64,000 bases of DNA from Podarcis filfolensis (lineage: Eukaryota), in NCBI GenBank assembly GCA_964270895.1, contig OZ185444.1, one strand, 5' to 3'. The notes beneath the pieces are model-generated. The model did no database searches. It was not told the DNA's origin and was given only the letters and a program-made list of their open reading frames with translations. Positions 27,127 through 38,659 of this stretch are shown here, in pieces (positions within the stretch are counted from its first letter, which is position 1; each line of letters opens with the position of its first letter). The position numbers were made by a program, and so were the translations under genes.

Positions 27127-28129
27127 CAGTAGCTGGATGTTACTCTTATTCTATTGATACTTAACTGTTCACTATGCAACCTGTCATTTAGTTTTAATAG
27201 CAGCCGATTACTAATTTAATAACCTGTTTGATAAGCAAGAAGCAGTGACATGCACACAGAGCAAAGCCAGGAGGTAATTAGCCAATATGCTTTCAACAGG
27301 TCTAACGCTGTCCCACATACATCTTTCAATACTTAAAAGAAACTTACACATGTGCAGGATCATTCACATAATAACAGTTGGGAGCATCAGTCACATGGAT
27401 TCAATTGGGGGCGGGGACCAACACTTTCAGCACTCAAAAATTTCAGTCTACTGTATTTTTATTTTTTGTCAAGGGCAGCAATACAAAGTAAATATAGCAT
27501 TGATACTAGAAACAATTCATACTGAGAAGAGCACAGAAGGAGTAAAATGCATTTTGGGGAGGTGGTGAGCTTTGTCCCACATGTTGGTTTTCTAAAAAGA
27601 GAAATAACAGTATATTTAAGTAACATTTGGCTCCCATCAAAAAAATATTTTCCCTAAAGGAAAACCTATAGATTTTTATTATTATTTATAATTATAACCA
27701 ATAAAGAAAATATAAAATGCCTAGAAAAGAAGAACCTCTATAACCTAAAATACACTTGTGTATCGACTTATAAAATACACTATATATAATCTGATTTGTA
27801 AAAAAAAATAGACATAGCATTACAAAAACCACCTTTTGATTGAGGAAGTAACAAGTATTCAGTGAATTGCTTCCAATATCCATATCTATTCATCTATCTA
27901 TCTATCTAGACTAGGAGCAACTGTCTTTGAAAGTAAAAGAGAGAAAAAGACAAGCGAGTTAACTTTCAAGGAAGCTTATTTGATACCGTTTAGGACTAAA
28001 GAAAAGTGCCTTTCCTTGCACACAGGGGTCCAGCAAGAAGGGCGGTGGGAGAAAGAGAGGCACGGGTTGTGGGGCGAGCTCCTTTTAGGGGGAAGGGGGC
28101 ACCGTCTATGAGGGAAATATACTGTATTC

Positions 28130-28620
28130 CGTTTTCACGTGGAACACCCCCTCCCCGCCCCTCGCCATAAGCGGAAGGCAGGCAGGTGGGATGTTATTAC
28201 GGCACCAGAGCAAGGAACCTGGGAGCCCTTCCTCACTGCCACCTCGCCGCTAACCGAGCAAAGCAACCACCACCACCGACCTACCGGGCCTCCTTCCCGC
28301 TCCATGGCTCTCCTCTTGCCCATGCAGACGCCGAGCAGCACAGCCAGCGACAAGACGCGGCCGGGCGGCGCGCGCTCCCTTCCCCCTACGGAGCGCACGA
28401 GTCACCAATAGCCGCGTCGCCTTCAGCGTCCTCCGCGCGCACCTCCAAAGCGCATGGGCTCGTTCGCGCTCCCGCCGCCGTCGCCGCCCAATGGGCAGAG
28501 AGAGAAGACGCGGCGCCGGAAGAGCAGGAGGGGGAGGCGTGCGGCGTGTAGACAGCCTTCGCTCCACAGCGCGCAGGGTTCTGGGAGTTGTAGTTCTTAA
28601 GGGGCGCAACGAAGTTTAAC
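28130..28620 (-). promoter_or_regulatory. CpG-island promoter of L3MBTL2 (CCAAT boxes, E2F motif, E-box, ZNF143/THAP11-type motif)
   Basis: Dense CpG; CCAAT at about 28405 and 28488; TCCCGCC 28470-28476; CACGTG 28136-28141; ACTACAACTCCCAG (-) 28581-28594. Confidence 0.85.
28285..28323 (-). CDS. L3MBTL2: L3MBTL2 exon 1 coding part MGKRRA-MEREGGP
   Basis: ATG at 28323 and GCCATGG at 28305 are in frame; donor CCG|gtaggt is phase 0, matching exon 2. Confidence 0.75.
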
Positions 28621-29599
28621 TCAGGCTGTAGACCCGTTGGGGAGAAAAACCAAAAACACACTCTTAGAACGCCTCTCCTCATGTTCTCAGTGGGGTGTTT
28701 ACTTTGCAGAGAATGCAGACCATGTGCCCAGTCCGTTCCTCGCAGGGAAAAAGGCACCGCCTCCCAGGCCATTGTCCGTCGGCCCTGCAGGCAGCAGCCG
28801 TCCCTGAGGGAAGCCCCCCAACCCGCTAACATTATTTGGCAGAGGAGCGCTCGACGCTACCCGCTCTCCTGTGCCAGCAGCTGCCCGCCAGGCAATCCTT
28901 AGTAAAGGCCAGGCTGCAGTCGGGCTCGCCCTGCGTTATAAGGAGGGTGCCTGAAAAGCGAAGCGCCGCCTGCATTTTGCATTCCCGACCGCTCGCGTTC
29001 TGGCACGTAGCGAGCGAGCGAGCAGGGCCCAGGTCTCCCTCTATATTGCCTCCCACAGCCCTTTGAATGTGGGGCTGATCACCGCTAGAGCAGACAGCAA
29101 CTCCTCCTCAGTCTATCCAGGGGGATTCAATGGGGCTTGCCAAGTAATATTTGGAAAATGCCCCTAAGGGCTGCAAGCAAGCAAGCGGCCACCTTCGACT
29201 ACAGAGCTAGGCAGAAAGTGGACCGGGATTTTACTGATAGATCTCTGGGTGATTTGAAGCAGGTCGCAAGGGTTTTTGACTCGTTGATAACAATGGCAGC
29301 GACAAAATTACTCTCTCCCTCCAAAATACATACATACAGATCTACTGAAATAAGAAAGAAGGCTGTGTGCGGGGGAAACCTGGAGTTTTGTGTAGAAGGA
29401 CTGTGAGTTCCGTTCTGTACCGACACTCAGAACAAATTCCTGGGCTGTGAGCTCAGAAATGACAGCTCTCACACTAGTTTGCACAAATTAGATACTGCAC
29501 AAATACCTAAATGGTATAACAGGACGCTTGTTGTTGATAGCTTTAGCAAAATGCTCAGAGTATATAATAAACTGTACATATATTACTAATATCTATTAT

Positions 29600-29662
29600 T
29601 ATACTAATACATCTATATCTATTATCTATCTATCTATATCTATCTATCATCTATCTATCTAA
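29600..29662. repeat. Imperfect (ATCT)n microsatellite
   Basis: Read directly from the sequence. Confidence 0.85.
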
Positions 29663-29993
29663 CATTACTAACAGTGAACTCATTCTCTTGAGTCTGAATC
29701 CTTATGTAGACAAAATGGCATTATCCTCACACAAGGAGCTAACCTCAGGGCTGAGGAAACTAGGAGGTTTGCAGAAACAGAAACAATATTTAGAAAAATA
29801 GAACTCTAAAAGCGGGCTGGGGCAGCAGATCACTGACAGAAGGGTGGGGCACTACAGAATCAAAAGCGTTTTAAAGGTGTTTTTTTGTTTGTTTGTTTCA
29901 TTTATTTATCTTTTAAACAAATAAAATGTTTATTTTGAGGAACTCTGAAAGACAATTACATCATCTTAATCATTCTTTCCTTCCAGTGTAGCC

Positions 29994-30168
29994 CACTGCT
30001 TTTTTCTGGGGGGGTATGCAGGGGTACGCATACCCCCTAAACATTTTGTGAATCTTTGTACTTTTGTCCATTTACTGTATTTATTTTTCATGATTTTAAC
30101 TATAAAATAGTGATTTTCTTGAGTCAAAATGAGAGTACCCCTCAACTTTTTTGGGGGGGGGAAGCACC
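29994..30168. mobile_element. Lacertid-type hAT MITE
   Basis: CACTGCTTTTTTCTGGGGGGGTATGCAGGGGTACGCATACCCC...GAGTACCCC..AAGCAC: degenerate TIR ends. Confidence 0.65.
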
Positions 30169-30504
30169 TCAAGTTAAACTAAATTCAGCGGCTGATTCGG
30201 GCTGCATTCTCTCTCCCCCTATATTCCAATTTTTGGGAATATAGCCAGACATCCCTCCCCCACATAATTGGGGTGTTTTCTCTCAGTTAAAGTGTTACAC
30301 CTAGAATTGCAACTGCCTATGGTTGTCTGTTAGCTCCTCCCTCCCCCTGTAAAAAAAGCGAAATGCTTGCCTCTTGCCACAACACAGAGAGAAAACAACC
30401 TAATGCTTGCTCAGTAGATCTCACTGTGTGAGGAGAAACTTGTTATCCAGCCCCATTCTCAATATAAGGCAGCCAAGAATCACGGTCACCACCTGATTTA
30501 TTTC

Positions 30505-30638
30505 AATTATGGGACCCTGAGGCCTTCCAGATGTTGTAGACTTCAACTCCCATGTGCCCAACTCCCATGGCTAATGATCAAGGATGATGGGTGTCAGAGT
30601 CCAACATCAACTGAAGAGTCAAAGGTTCCCAACTTCTG
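30505..30638. mobile_element. Decayed URR1-like hAT MITE
   Basis: CCTTCCAGATGTTGTAGACTTCAACTCCC..GATGATGGG..CCAACATC..AAGGTTCCCAACTTCTG, similar to 17809-17941. Confidence 0.7.
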
Positions 30639-30945
30639 GCTGATTGAGACTCTAATTCCTAACAGCCTGTGTTTGAACTGCATAACAGGGTTTTGTACTT
30701 TTTGGATACTACTCTCTTGTGTTGTAGTCTGAGCAGCCAAATTCTCACTCTCTTTCTTGGATGAAAAGTACTGAGATAAATTTCTAAATATGTGTGCTCC
30801 TTAAAAATAATTAATTACAATTTCTTATTTGAACTGTGTCTTGAGGGAACAGCATCAGCTTGCAATGGAATTAATGTGAAGGGGGAAGCAGTAGTAGTAT
30901 CCTACCAGCTTCCTTAAGTTTTTCAGAAAACCGCATGAGGTAGGG

Positions 30946-32350
30946 TAGTGCTTTTCAACCTTTTTGGTACGATCCACAGGTCCAAATTTACTTTGTATTT
31001 ACTGACCCAGTAATTTATAGTCACATGAATTTTGGACCTTAGCTCTTTGGCAGCCATCAGTATTATGCATTTTAAGTGAAGCTTTGCTGACTTTATAACC
31101 ATCCAAGCAAAAATTGTACTTGATGCCCCCATTAATGTGGAATTGTTTAACAATTTATAGTACTTACAAAGTCAATCAGTTTATTTTTTTAAATGAGAAT
31201 GTAAGAACACCAGTCATGACTTCAGAATATTGCTTCATAAACCATACAAATGTATTCTATAAACATACCAAAGTGGTGTTAAATTAAACTATAAAAAATG
31301 TTCAGTTTGTCATCTTTTCATTCACGGTCAACTCTGTTTTGGCAAGTATTGGTGGGATCCCTAAAGCTTGCATTTTGCCAATGTGTACTCAATGTGGGAC
31401 CTGAGATTTCATCTTCATAGCAGTCATTGCTTGAAAACCTCTGGCAAAGGTATGGGCTACCAAATGGCAGCAGCAAAGGTACTGTTTCATTAGCAAGCTC
31501 AGGACACTCACTAGTGAGTAATTTGGTGATATGAAACCAACATTCAGTTAATTTCAGTTCCCAAAAAATATTGTTGAGTGTCCTATCATATGACAATTCA
31601 AGAAGTTATTATCCTTTTTGCAGAGTGTCTGCAAACACCATAGAAGTTTAAAGCACATTTAAAGCATGTTCACAAAAAGAATCCTGGTAACTGTAGTTTG
31701 TTAAGGTTGCTGGGAATTATAGCTCTGTGAGGGGAAAACTAGTTTCTATTATTCTTTGGGGTAGTGTGTGTGCTTTAAATGTGTCTTAAATGTATAGTAT
31801 GTACACAGCTAAATACAACTTTGTGATATCAGTTGCAAATGTGCTTCACACACATTCACACTTCTGATTCTTCAGCAGACAATTTGTGGACAAATGTTGG
31901 CTAAGCAAACTCAAATTACCTTTGGCTAAACTATCAGTTAACTCTGGTGGTAGATCTGATGATGGTTCACCATAAGGTGCTCATACAAGTTGTTTTGAAT
32001 GAGTATTACAACTTGCCTCTGATGCAAAGGTGCCACAGGTTTTCTGACCTACTGGTTGGGAAATACAAGTAGGGAGTGATTCAACATACTCTTTTTTGCA
32101 GTGATGGCAAGCAAGGCAGACTTTTTAGCTTGCATAGCAATGCCTGTGATCCTGTTTTAGGGCCCATTTTGTCAGTGGATTTCTAAAATATGTAACATGG
32201 GGCCTCAAAATGGTTTGCTTGTCACATCAACTGATGTGTCAAAATATGGAAGACATTATTCCTAATTTTAGATATGTGGAGGATGGTTGTAATTATTTTG
32301 TGGTGCATATGATCCAACTTTCCCCCCCCCCTTCAAATATCTGAGGTTGA
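30946..32350 (-). mobile_element. hAT-Charlie transposon fossil (transposase pseudogene)
   Basis: ORF 31318-31596 has FW..ECPELANETVPLLLPFGSPYLCQRFS (hAT C-terminal dimerization motif); TIR-like TAGTGCTTTTCAACCTTTTTGG at about 30946; the upstream limit is approximate. Confidence 0.65.
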
Positions 32351-35300
32351 GCCATTGAGTTGAAAATAGGTTCCACTGCTAAGATGTGGTGGGCTTTCTC
32401 TTAAACTCCTATATTTTGTCTATAGAGCTAAAATAATTAGCCTTTTGGGTTTTAGAGAAGAGACTTGAGGTTGTTTCCAGCTTCTACTTAAGACATTAAA
32501 ATCAATGCACCTACATTAACAATATTAACCAATTTCAGCAAGTCTGCTCTGAATAGAACCAAGCTGAATGCAATCCTTGGTTTTGAGAAGTGTGTTTCCT
32601 GGCATGTAAGGTTTTGATTTTTGGCACTGAATGGGTGTGTTCCAATAAATGTGCCTTAATTATTCCATAATTAATTTCTAAATGAAAGATGCTGGAACTC
32701 ACCTTTGTCTGAAAGCTGTTTGTGCCCTTCCACCCCCATCTAATGAGGGGTACGAAACAGTTCCTTTTGCAGGAGGGAGGCTGAGGCACTCAATTCAAGT
32801 TTAAAGGGACATTTTCATTTGCTAATACTATTTCAGTTCTGATTTGGGAAAATGAAATGAAATTAAAAATGACAGGCCCTCCACTTCACTAGCTGCGACA
32901 CCGAGAATAGTACAATCCTAAATTTGTCAATTTAGAAGCCTCACTAAGTTCGGTTGCAGGTATATAAATGTGTATGGGATTGCAGCTTAAATTATGCAAA
33001 ATGCATGGATATAAATTACCGTAACCAAATGATATATTTCTGGCTACACATTACTTGCCTTGTTTTAATCCCCATTAGTTCCAAGGTAATCCACGAAGAC
33101 TACAATCATATATATACTTCCCTGCCGGTCCCATTTAGTTTATGACGGAGAAGACATGCACAGTATTGCTCTGCCAAGCAGCATTAAAGTTCAAAACACA
33201 GCTGGTTCTTCAGCTAAGTGGTCTCATTGGCTATAATGCAAGTTTGCAATAAATGAATGCCTTTGAAACTTGATCCCATTAAGGTTATTCATAGTACCCT
33301 AAACACAGGTACAAGTTGTCTGTCTACACATGTACAAGTGTTTGCGTTGATTCATGCCGCCCAGCTATTTACAGAGATTATACACTCATTGAAAGTAACA
33401 TGTAATCACCCTGTTATGTTTAATGATCCCAATGCAATTAGTAGGGTTAACTTTCACATAAGTGAGCATATAATGCAAAACTTGTAAAATGTGAGTTTCA
33501 TGGTTTTGTACTCTGTTATTCCTAAATCCAAATTAGGGTATTTTTTCCCTAAGGGCCAGTAAGTGCTGGTTTTTTGTTTTTGTTTTGTTTATCCTATTCT
33601 CTCTCTTTTGTCTCCAAGTATCTCAATTGCATCATAGCTCGAGCAGGTCAGTCATAACTTTGTAGTCCTACAATCATCAACAGACCCAGAGAAAGAAAAA
33701 ACCTGCCTTGTCTTGTGCTCTTTAGGAAGAATCAGAGCTCAATTGGAGCATTCATTTTGTATGCAGGCAGTTTCAATCCCCAACATCTACTGATAGGGCT
33801 GGGAGAGGACCCCACCTGAAACTCATGCTACAATGGTCTGACCCTGTTTAAGGCACCTTCCTAGGTTCCTGTGTTATTTCCTGCATGTCAAGTTTCTATT
33901 ATCAGGAGAAATGAGTGCATTCTGCATTTTTTTTGTACCAACAATTAGAGGTATCATTTGAAGCGATGACCATGATTGTCTACTGTTGCCATCTTTGTAC
34001 TGCCCTTACTCATTCACCTTTTAAGAACCTGATACAAAGAATGCCTCTTGTTACATGTACACACACCCCATCACAAGAAAACTGCAACAAGTTAAAAAAT
34101 GGCAGCTCTGCATGTCAAACACACCGATTCCCACGAGGTCCATGTGAGTAGGTATAGTTAAGGTTGAAGGAGTCCTTGAAAACCAGGTGGAGGTGGTACT
34201 CCTGCTCTGCAGCCCAGGTGTACAATAATTTTCACACATATGAGAATTTATGATATCCCTATTATGGATAGTATATTTTGCATTCTTGTACACAATGAGA
34301 ATTCAAGATTAGGAGCTGTGGTTATTTTTCTCAAGGTAACTAGCAAAAGCATGAGAATTAAGGCGGGCTGGATGGTTAGAGAAATGCTTGTGTTTCATAT
34401 ATTTTTAATATTTGAAGTTATTGCTACAGAAACCACCTATAGTTCAATCTCCAATGTAGGTTGGCCTTTTTTTTTAAAATGATGGCTTCTCTGAGTGTTG
34501 CTGTCATGGCTGAGGTGTTGCTAAATAATTTCAAGATTTCCAAGCTTGCAGCCTAGGTGAAAGGACCTTCTGGCCTTCCAGTTGTTGGTAAACTACAGCT
34601 CCCATCATCCCTGCCCATTGGCCATACTTGTGGGGGCTAATAGTTGAAGTAAATAAAATTAGAAAAGAACAGTCTTGGTATGGTCAAATGGCTTGTAGAC
34701 CAAGAAGATGTCTATGGTGGAAGCATATGCATTTCTGAGTTAGGGAAGTTGCATTCCTGACATTACTGCAGAAGAGAAGGAAAATGCACTTTATATTTCT
34801 GCATGGCAAGAAGAGAGCTGAAGTCAGTCAGAGGTGCACACTGGAGACAGGGAGTGGGCTTCTGGCTTTGCTTAGGTTTTTCCCAAGAAAGAACTTCACA
34901 TTTAATAATCACCTTCCTACTTCTTCACCCTTTTCTGCCTAAGAGATAGTAACCTCATTCTGCCTAACTACAGGACACAACATTTTAAATTCTGGGATAG
35001 TGTTTATCATTGCGGATTACAAATAAAACATGACAGGCTGCATGTTGTGAAAGCTAGACCCATCTGCATACCAGATAGATATGAGAATTTTCTGTTTTAA
35101 TAAGATGTAGACCCAAAGTATCTTTTAATGGCAGTATACCTCCACTGATTTGCAGAGCTGTAAGCTCTTATTTCCTGTAAAAGCACTGTAAGTTCGCTAC
35201 AGAAGAATGCACTGAGTGTCAGATTAACTCACCCCCTTTTTTAAAAAGAAAGGATGAGGCAAGTCAGTCTATAGAAACTTGATGTAATTTCTATCCTGAA

Positions 35301-36924
35301 ATTAAGAGGGATATTTTTCAATCCACTGAACTGTGGATCTGCTATATGGCTTTAGGGACACTGTGTTTCTCTGTCATTTTACTCTGTGCTTCAATTCTTA
35401 TGCAGAAATCTGCTCACTGTTTTTATAAAATCCTGGCTGGATTTCATTATACTTAATATTTTGTTTGCAAGCATCTGTTATAAATGCTGTAAGTGAGTGT
35501 TAGTTCTAATTCATCAGTTTTGAATGAGCATTTGGCTCAAGAACTGGAAAGCAATTTCATTTTATACATGTATGTGTGCGATATATGTATGTGTGTGAGC
35601 ATGCTTGTGGGAAAAGGATTTAAGTTAATAAATTTAAAACAACCTAACAAGGAGACAAAGAATGATGCATAGAGTGACAGTACAAAAATGCAGTGATGAT
35701 GAAAATCCATAGAAGATAAAAATAAAAGCTGTAGCTGGTGATGTGTCATCAACAATTGCAATTTAAAAATGGAATTTTGTATCTGCAAAATCTACTGAAG
35801 AACTACAATTCCAAATTTATCACACTGAGCGCATTGCAACTTTGCACCTTCACCCAGACAGGAAACACTCTAAATACTCATAGGACTGTAGATGCAGAGT
35901 TCATCCTAAAACTAAAGCCTCTGGCAACGTTATTACCTAAAACAATTTTCTATGAGCCACTTTTATTGTATTTTTGCAACACAAATAATTGTACATTATC
36001 CTGAGTTTTATCATCTGTGATAATATGTATTAAATTTTACTTCTTTCACTGTACTTTCCATCCAACCTGCATTGCCCTGTTTATCTACTATTCTAAATAG
36101 AGTTTGTCAGGGCTAAGGCTAGACCCTGACTTTGAAACTAAGCCAATCCAGAAACGGCTATAACAGGCGGAGAAACATTTAGAAGACCTTGTATTTAGTA
36201 GCTCAGATAAGCACCAAACTGACAGGAATTCTGTAGTGCTTAATAATGCAAAACCTTCCTCAAACTCTCAGGACTATCCGCTTCAGCAGAAACAAAGATG
36301 CATCTACAGTAGTTAAATGTTAACTACACAAAACACTGTATGTGTAGCTAACTATTTCTCCATCTAAGCTTGTGGGCATGACCAAAATCGGACCACCAAA
36401 TTGCTGCCCCTGGATGGCACTCATTTATAGAGGGAGGCTCAGTCTTCACAGCACTCATCTAATTAAATTAGAACTGCTGGTGTCAGAGCAGACTGACATG
36501 CTTATAATTTGCCTGCAATCACCACAAATTCCTCAGGTCGCCTTGCATGCCAACCCGCTGAATTGTGGAATGGTGTCTTGAGACTTCTGTTCCGATAGTC
36601 AAACCCTGGGCAGTATTCTGGACTCTGGAGGTTCTTTTGAGGATCAAGTGCTGTCCAGGTCAAATATGCAGACAGCATCCCACCTAGATATGAAGAAAAG
36701 TTTCCATAGCACAAGTAGAAGCAAATATAGTGTCACAGCAAAATGGACATTGATCATCTTCATTACAGCCCAAAATACGCATGTTTCAAAAACACACATA
36801 ATGGTATGTTACTATACATCAAATTGATCGCCGTAGTTTTTTGTTTTGCAAAAGCATACCATCTTCTTTCCCCAGTTTAAAATAAGCACCAATTGAAGGG
36901 GAAAAGAAGAAGGGAAGCATAAAA

Positions 36925-38055
36925 AAATCAGTCTGTCTCACACAGTTTATTTAACAATAGGTAATAAGAAATCAATTAACAGTCTATACAGTGATCGAAA
37001 GTTCATATTTATAAGTAATCAACTTTAATTGCATGATTTACAACATTTGAGGGTTTTTTGCTTTCTATTTTCAAGTTTTACAGAAAATGGAAGAGGAGGA
37101 AATGGGAGGGGAGGGATAGAGAAAGCAAGCATAAAGAAGAAACCCCAGGGATTTACTCTCAGGTTAAAATTATACCCTTGGAATAGTTTCTTACCCTCTT
37201 TATTTTTTCCTTTGTTAGATGTAAAAATAACGAAAAAAATTCTTTCAAGAAAACAAAACCACAATATATATACTACATCCATTTGGCAGCTGCCCCGTGT
37301 ATTTGCAAAAAGTTGTCTTCTCTCTACATGTACAAATTTTAATACTTGAAGTTTAAGCTCAGACTCTGGTATAGAAAATTCTTGGAGGACAAAAGTAGAC
37401 TTCAGGAGGGAGACTGGGTTACTTAATAATTTTTACAGTTTTTAAAAGAATTGACATCTTTCCAACCAAAGAGGAAAAATTGGTATTTATCTTTAATATA
37501 TATTTTTATATATTTATATATATGCACTGTATTTTAAAGCAACATTCACCCTTTTTGTCCTCCAGTTTTAGGAAATGTTCTGTTTTTTCTGTTTTTCTTT
37601 TTTTCTTTTTTTGCAGTAGGCATGAGAAAAACCAGAATAGGGAAAAAAGTTAACCATCTGCCTCAGTCAATTATAACTATCAATATTACATATTTTCATT
37701 AATTTAAAAAAAAAATAAAACCTATTGGAGGCTAGAGAAGGAAGCCATTTGGTCAGCAGCCAAATAACTATCCCCTCCCAAGCACCTCCCCAACGCACGC
37801 GAAGGGAAAACAAAAACAAGTAAAAGGACTGGTTATGACCCCAGCCATAACAAAAATATATTTTCTTTGTATTCTATTGTCCCTCAGGTTCATTTTGTTG
37901 GTTTCTCATTTTTAAAACCACAAACTACTGCTGCAGAGTTCAGATGTATTCCAGGGAAAAATGTTCTGCTAAGAAAGATTCAAAAAAAATTGTCTTCAGT
38001 ACAAAAAGTCTTGAGAAAATAAGTTTTTTTTGCTCCCAAAATGCTACAGTGTGTC
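36925..38055 (-). other. EP300: EP300 3' UTR
   Basis: From the stop to AATAAA at 36951-36946; terminal TTTCGATCACTGTATAGACTGTTAATTGATTTCTTATTACCTATTGTTAAATAAACTGTGTGAGACAGAC matches the recalled mammalian EP300 3' end. Confidence 0.85.
36946..36951 (-). terminator. EP300 poly(A) signal AATAAA
   Basis: TTTATT on +; U-rich downstream element on the - strand (TTTTTTTATGCTTCCCTTCTTCTTTT). Confidence 0.85.
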
Positions 38056-38627
38056 TTAGTGTATGTCTAGTGTACTCTGTGAAAGGTTTGAATTCAAGTC
38101 TGAATTATCTGAGCCGAGTCCCAGTTCTGTGGCACTTGCACCATGGAGGCCTGCCATGCCTGGATTGCTAGCAAGCTGAGAAAGCATTGCATTCTGGTCC
38201 GGGCTGGCAAAGTGCCCTTGATCCATGGGGTTAGCCTGGGCAGCTACCAGTCCTGGATGAGGGGAGCTGGTCTGCGGGGAGACGTGATGTGGAGAAGGTT
38301 GTGGCTGCATCCTAGGGGACGGACTGGAGTGGGGTGGCTGGGACTGGGGACGTGGTGAAGGGACAGGCTGTGGAGAACGCACTTGATTGGTGAGCGATGA
38401 CGGAATCTGCTGGCCTTGTAAGTGTGGGGACTGGGCCTGGCTAGGGAGCATGTGCTGTTGGGGACTCATAGGATTGGGCTGAGCTGGTGATCCCATCTGC
38501 TGCTGAAGTAGCCTCTGCTGGAACACTTGCTGCAAACTGGATCCCGTCTCCGCACTCATCGCTTGTGGAAGCTGGCTCATTTGTCCCATATTCCCTTGTT
38601 GCATTTGCTGCATGTGATGCTGCATCC

Positions 38628-38659
<32 letters not shown>

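Noticed and set aside
28400-28456. ATG at 28455 and donor-like ATTG|gtgact as an alternative L3MBTL2 first exon
   Set aside because: The ATG frame stops after 10 codons and the region overlaps the CCAAT boxes, so it is more likely promoter; at most a uORF.
28135-29066. Many overlapping ORFs on both strands around the promoter
   Set aside because: CpG-island artefacts; only the 39-nt exon 1 fits the phase and homology of L3MBTL2.
37560-37620. Strong + strand pyrimidine tract with CAG, resembling a splice acceptor
   Set aside because: It is the complement of an A-rich tract in the EP300 3' UTR, and no coherent + strand exon follows.
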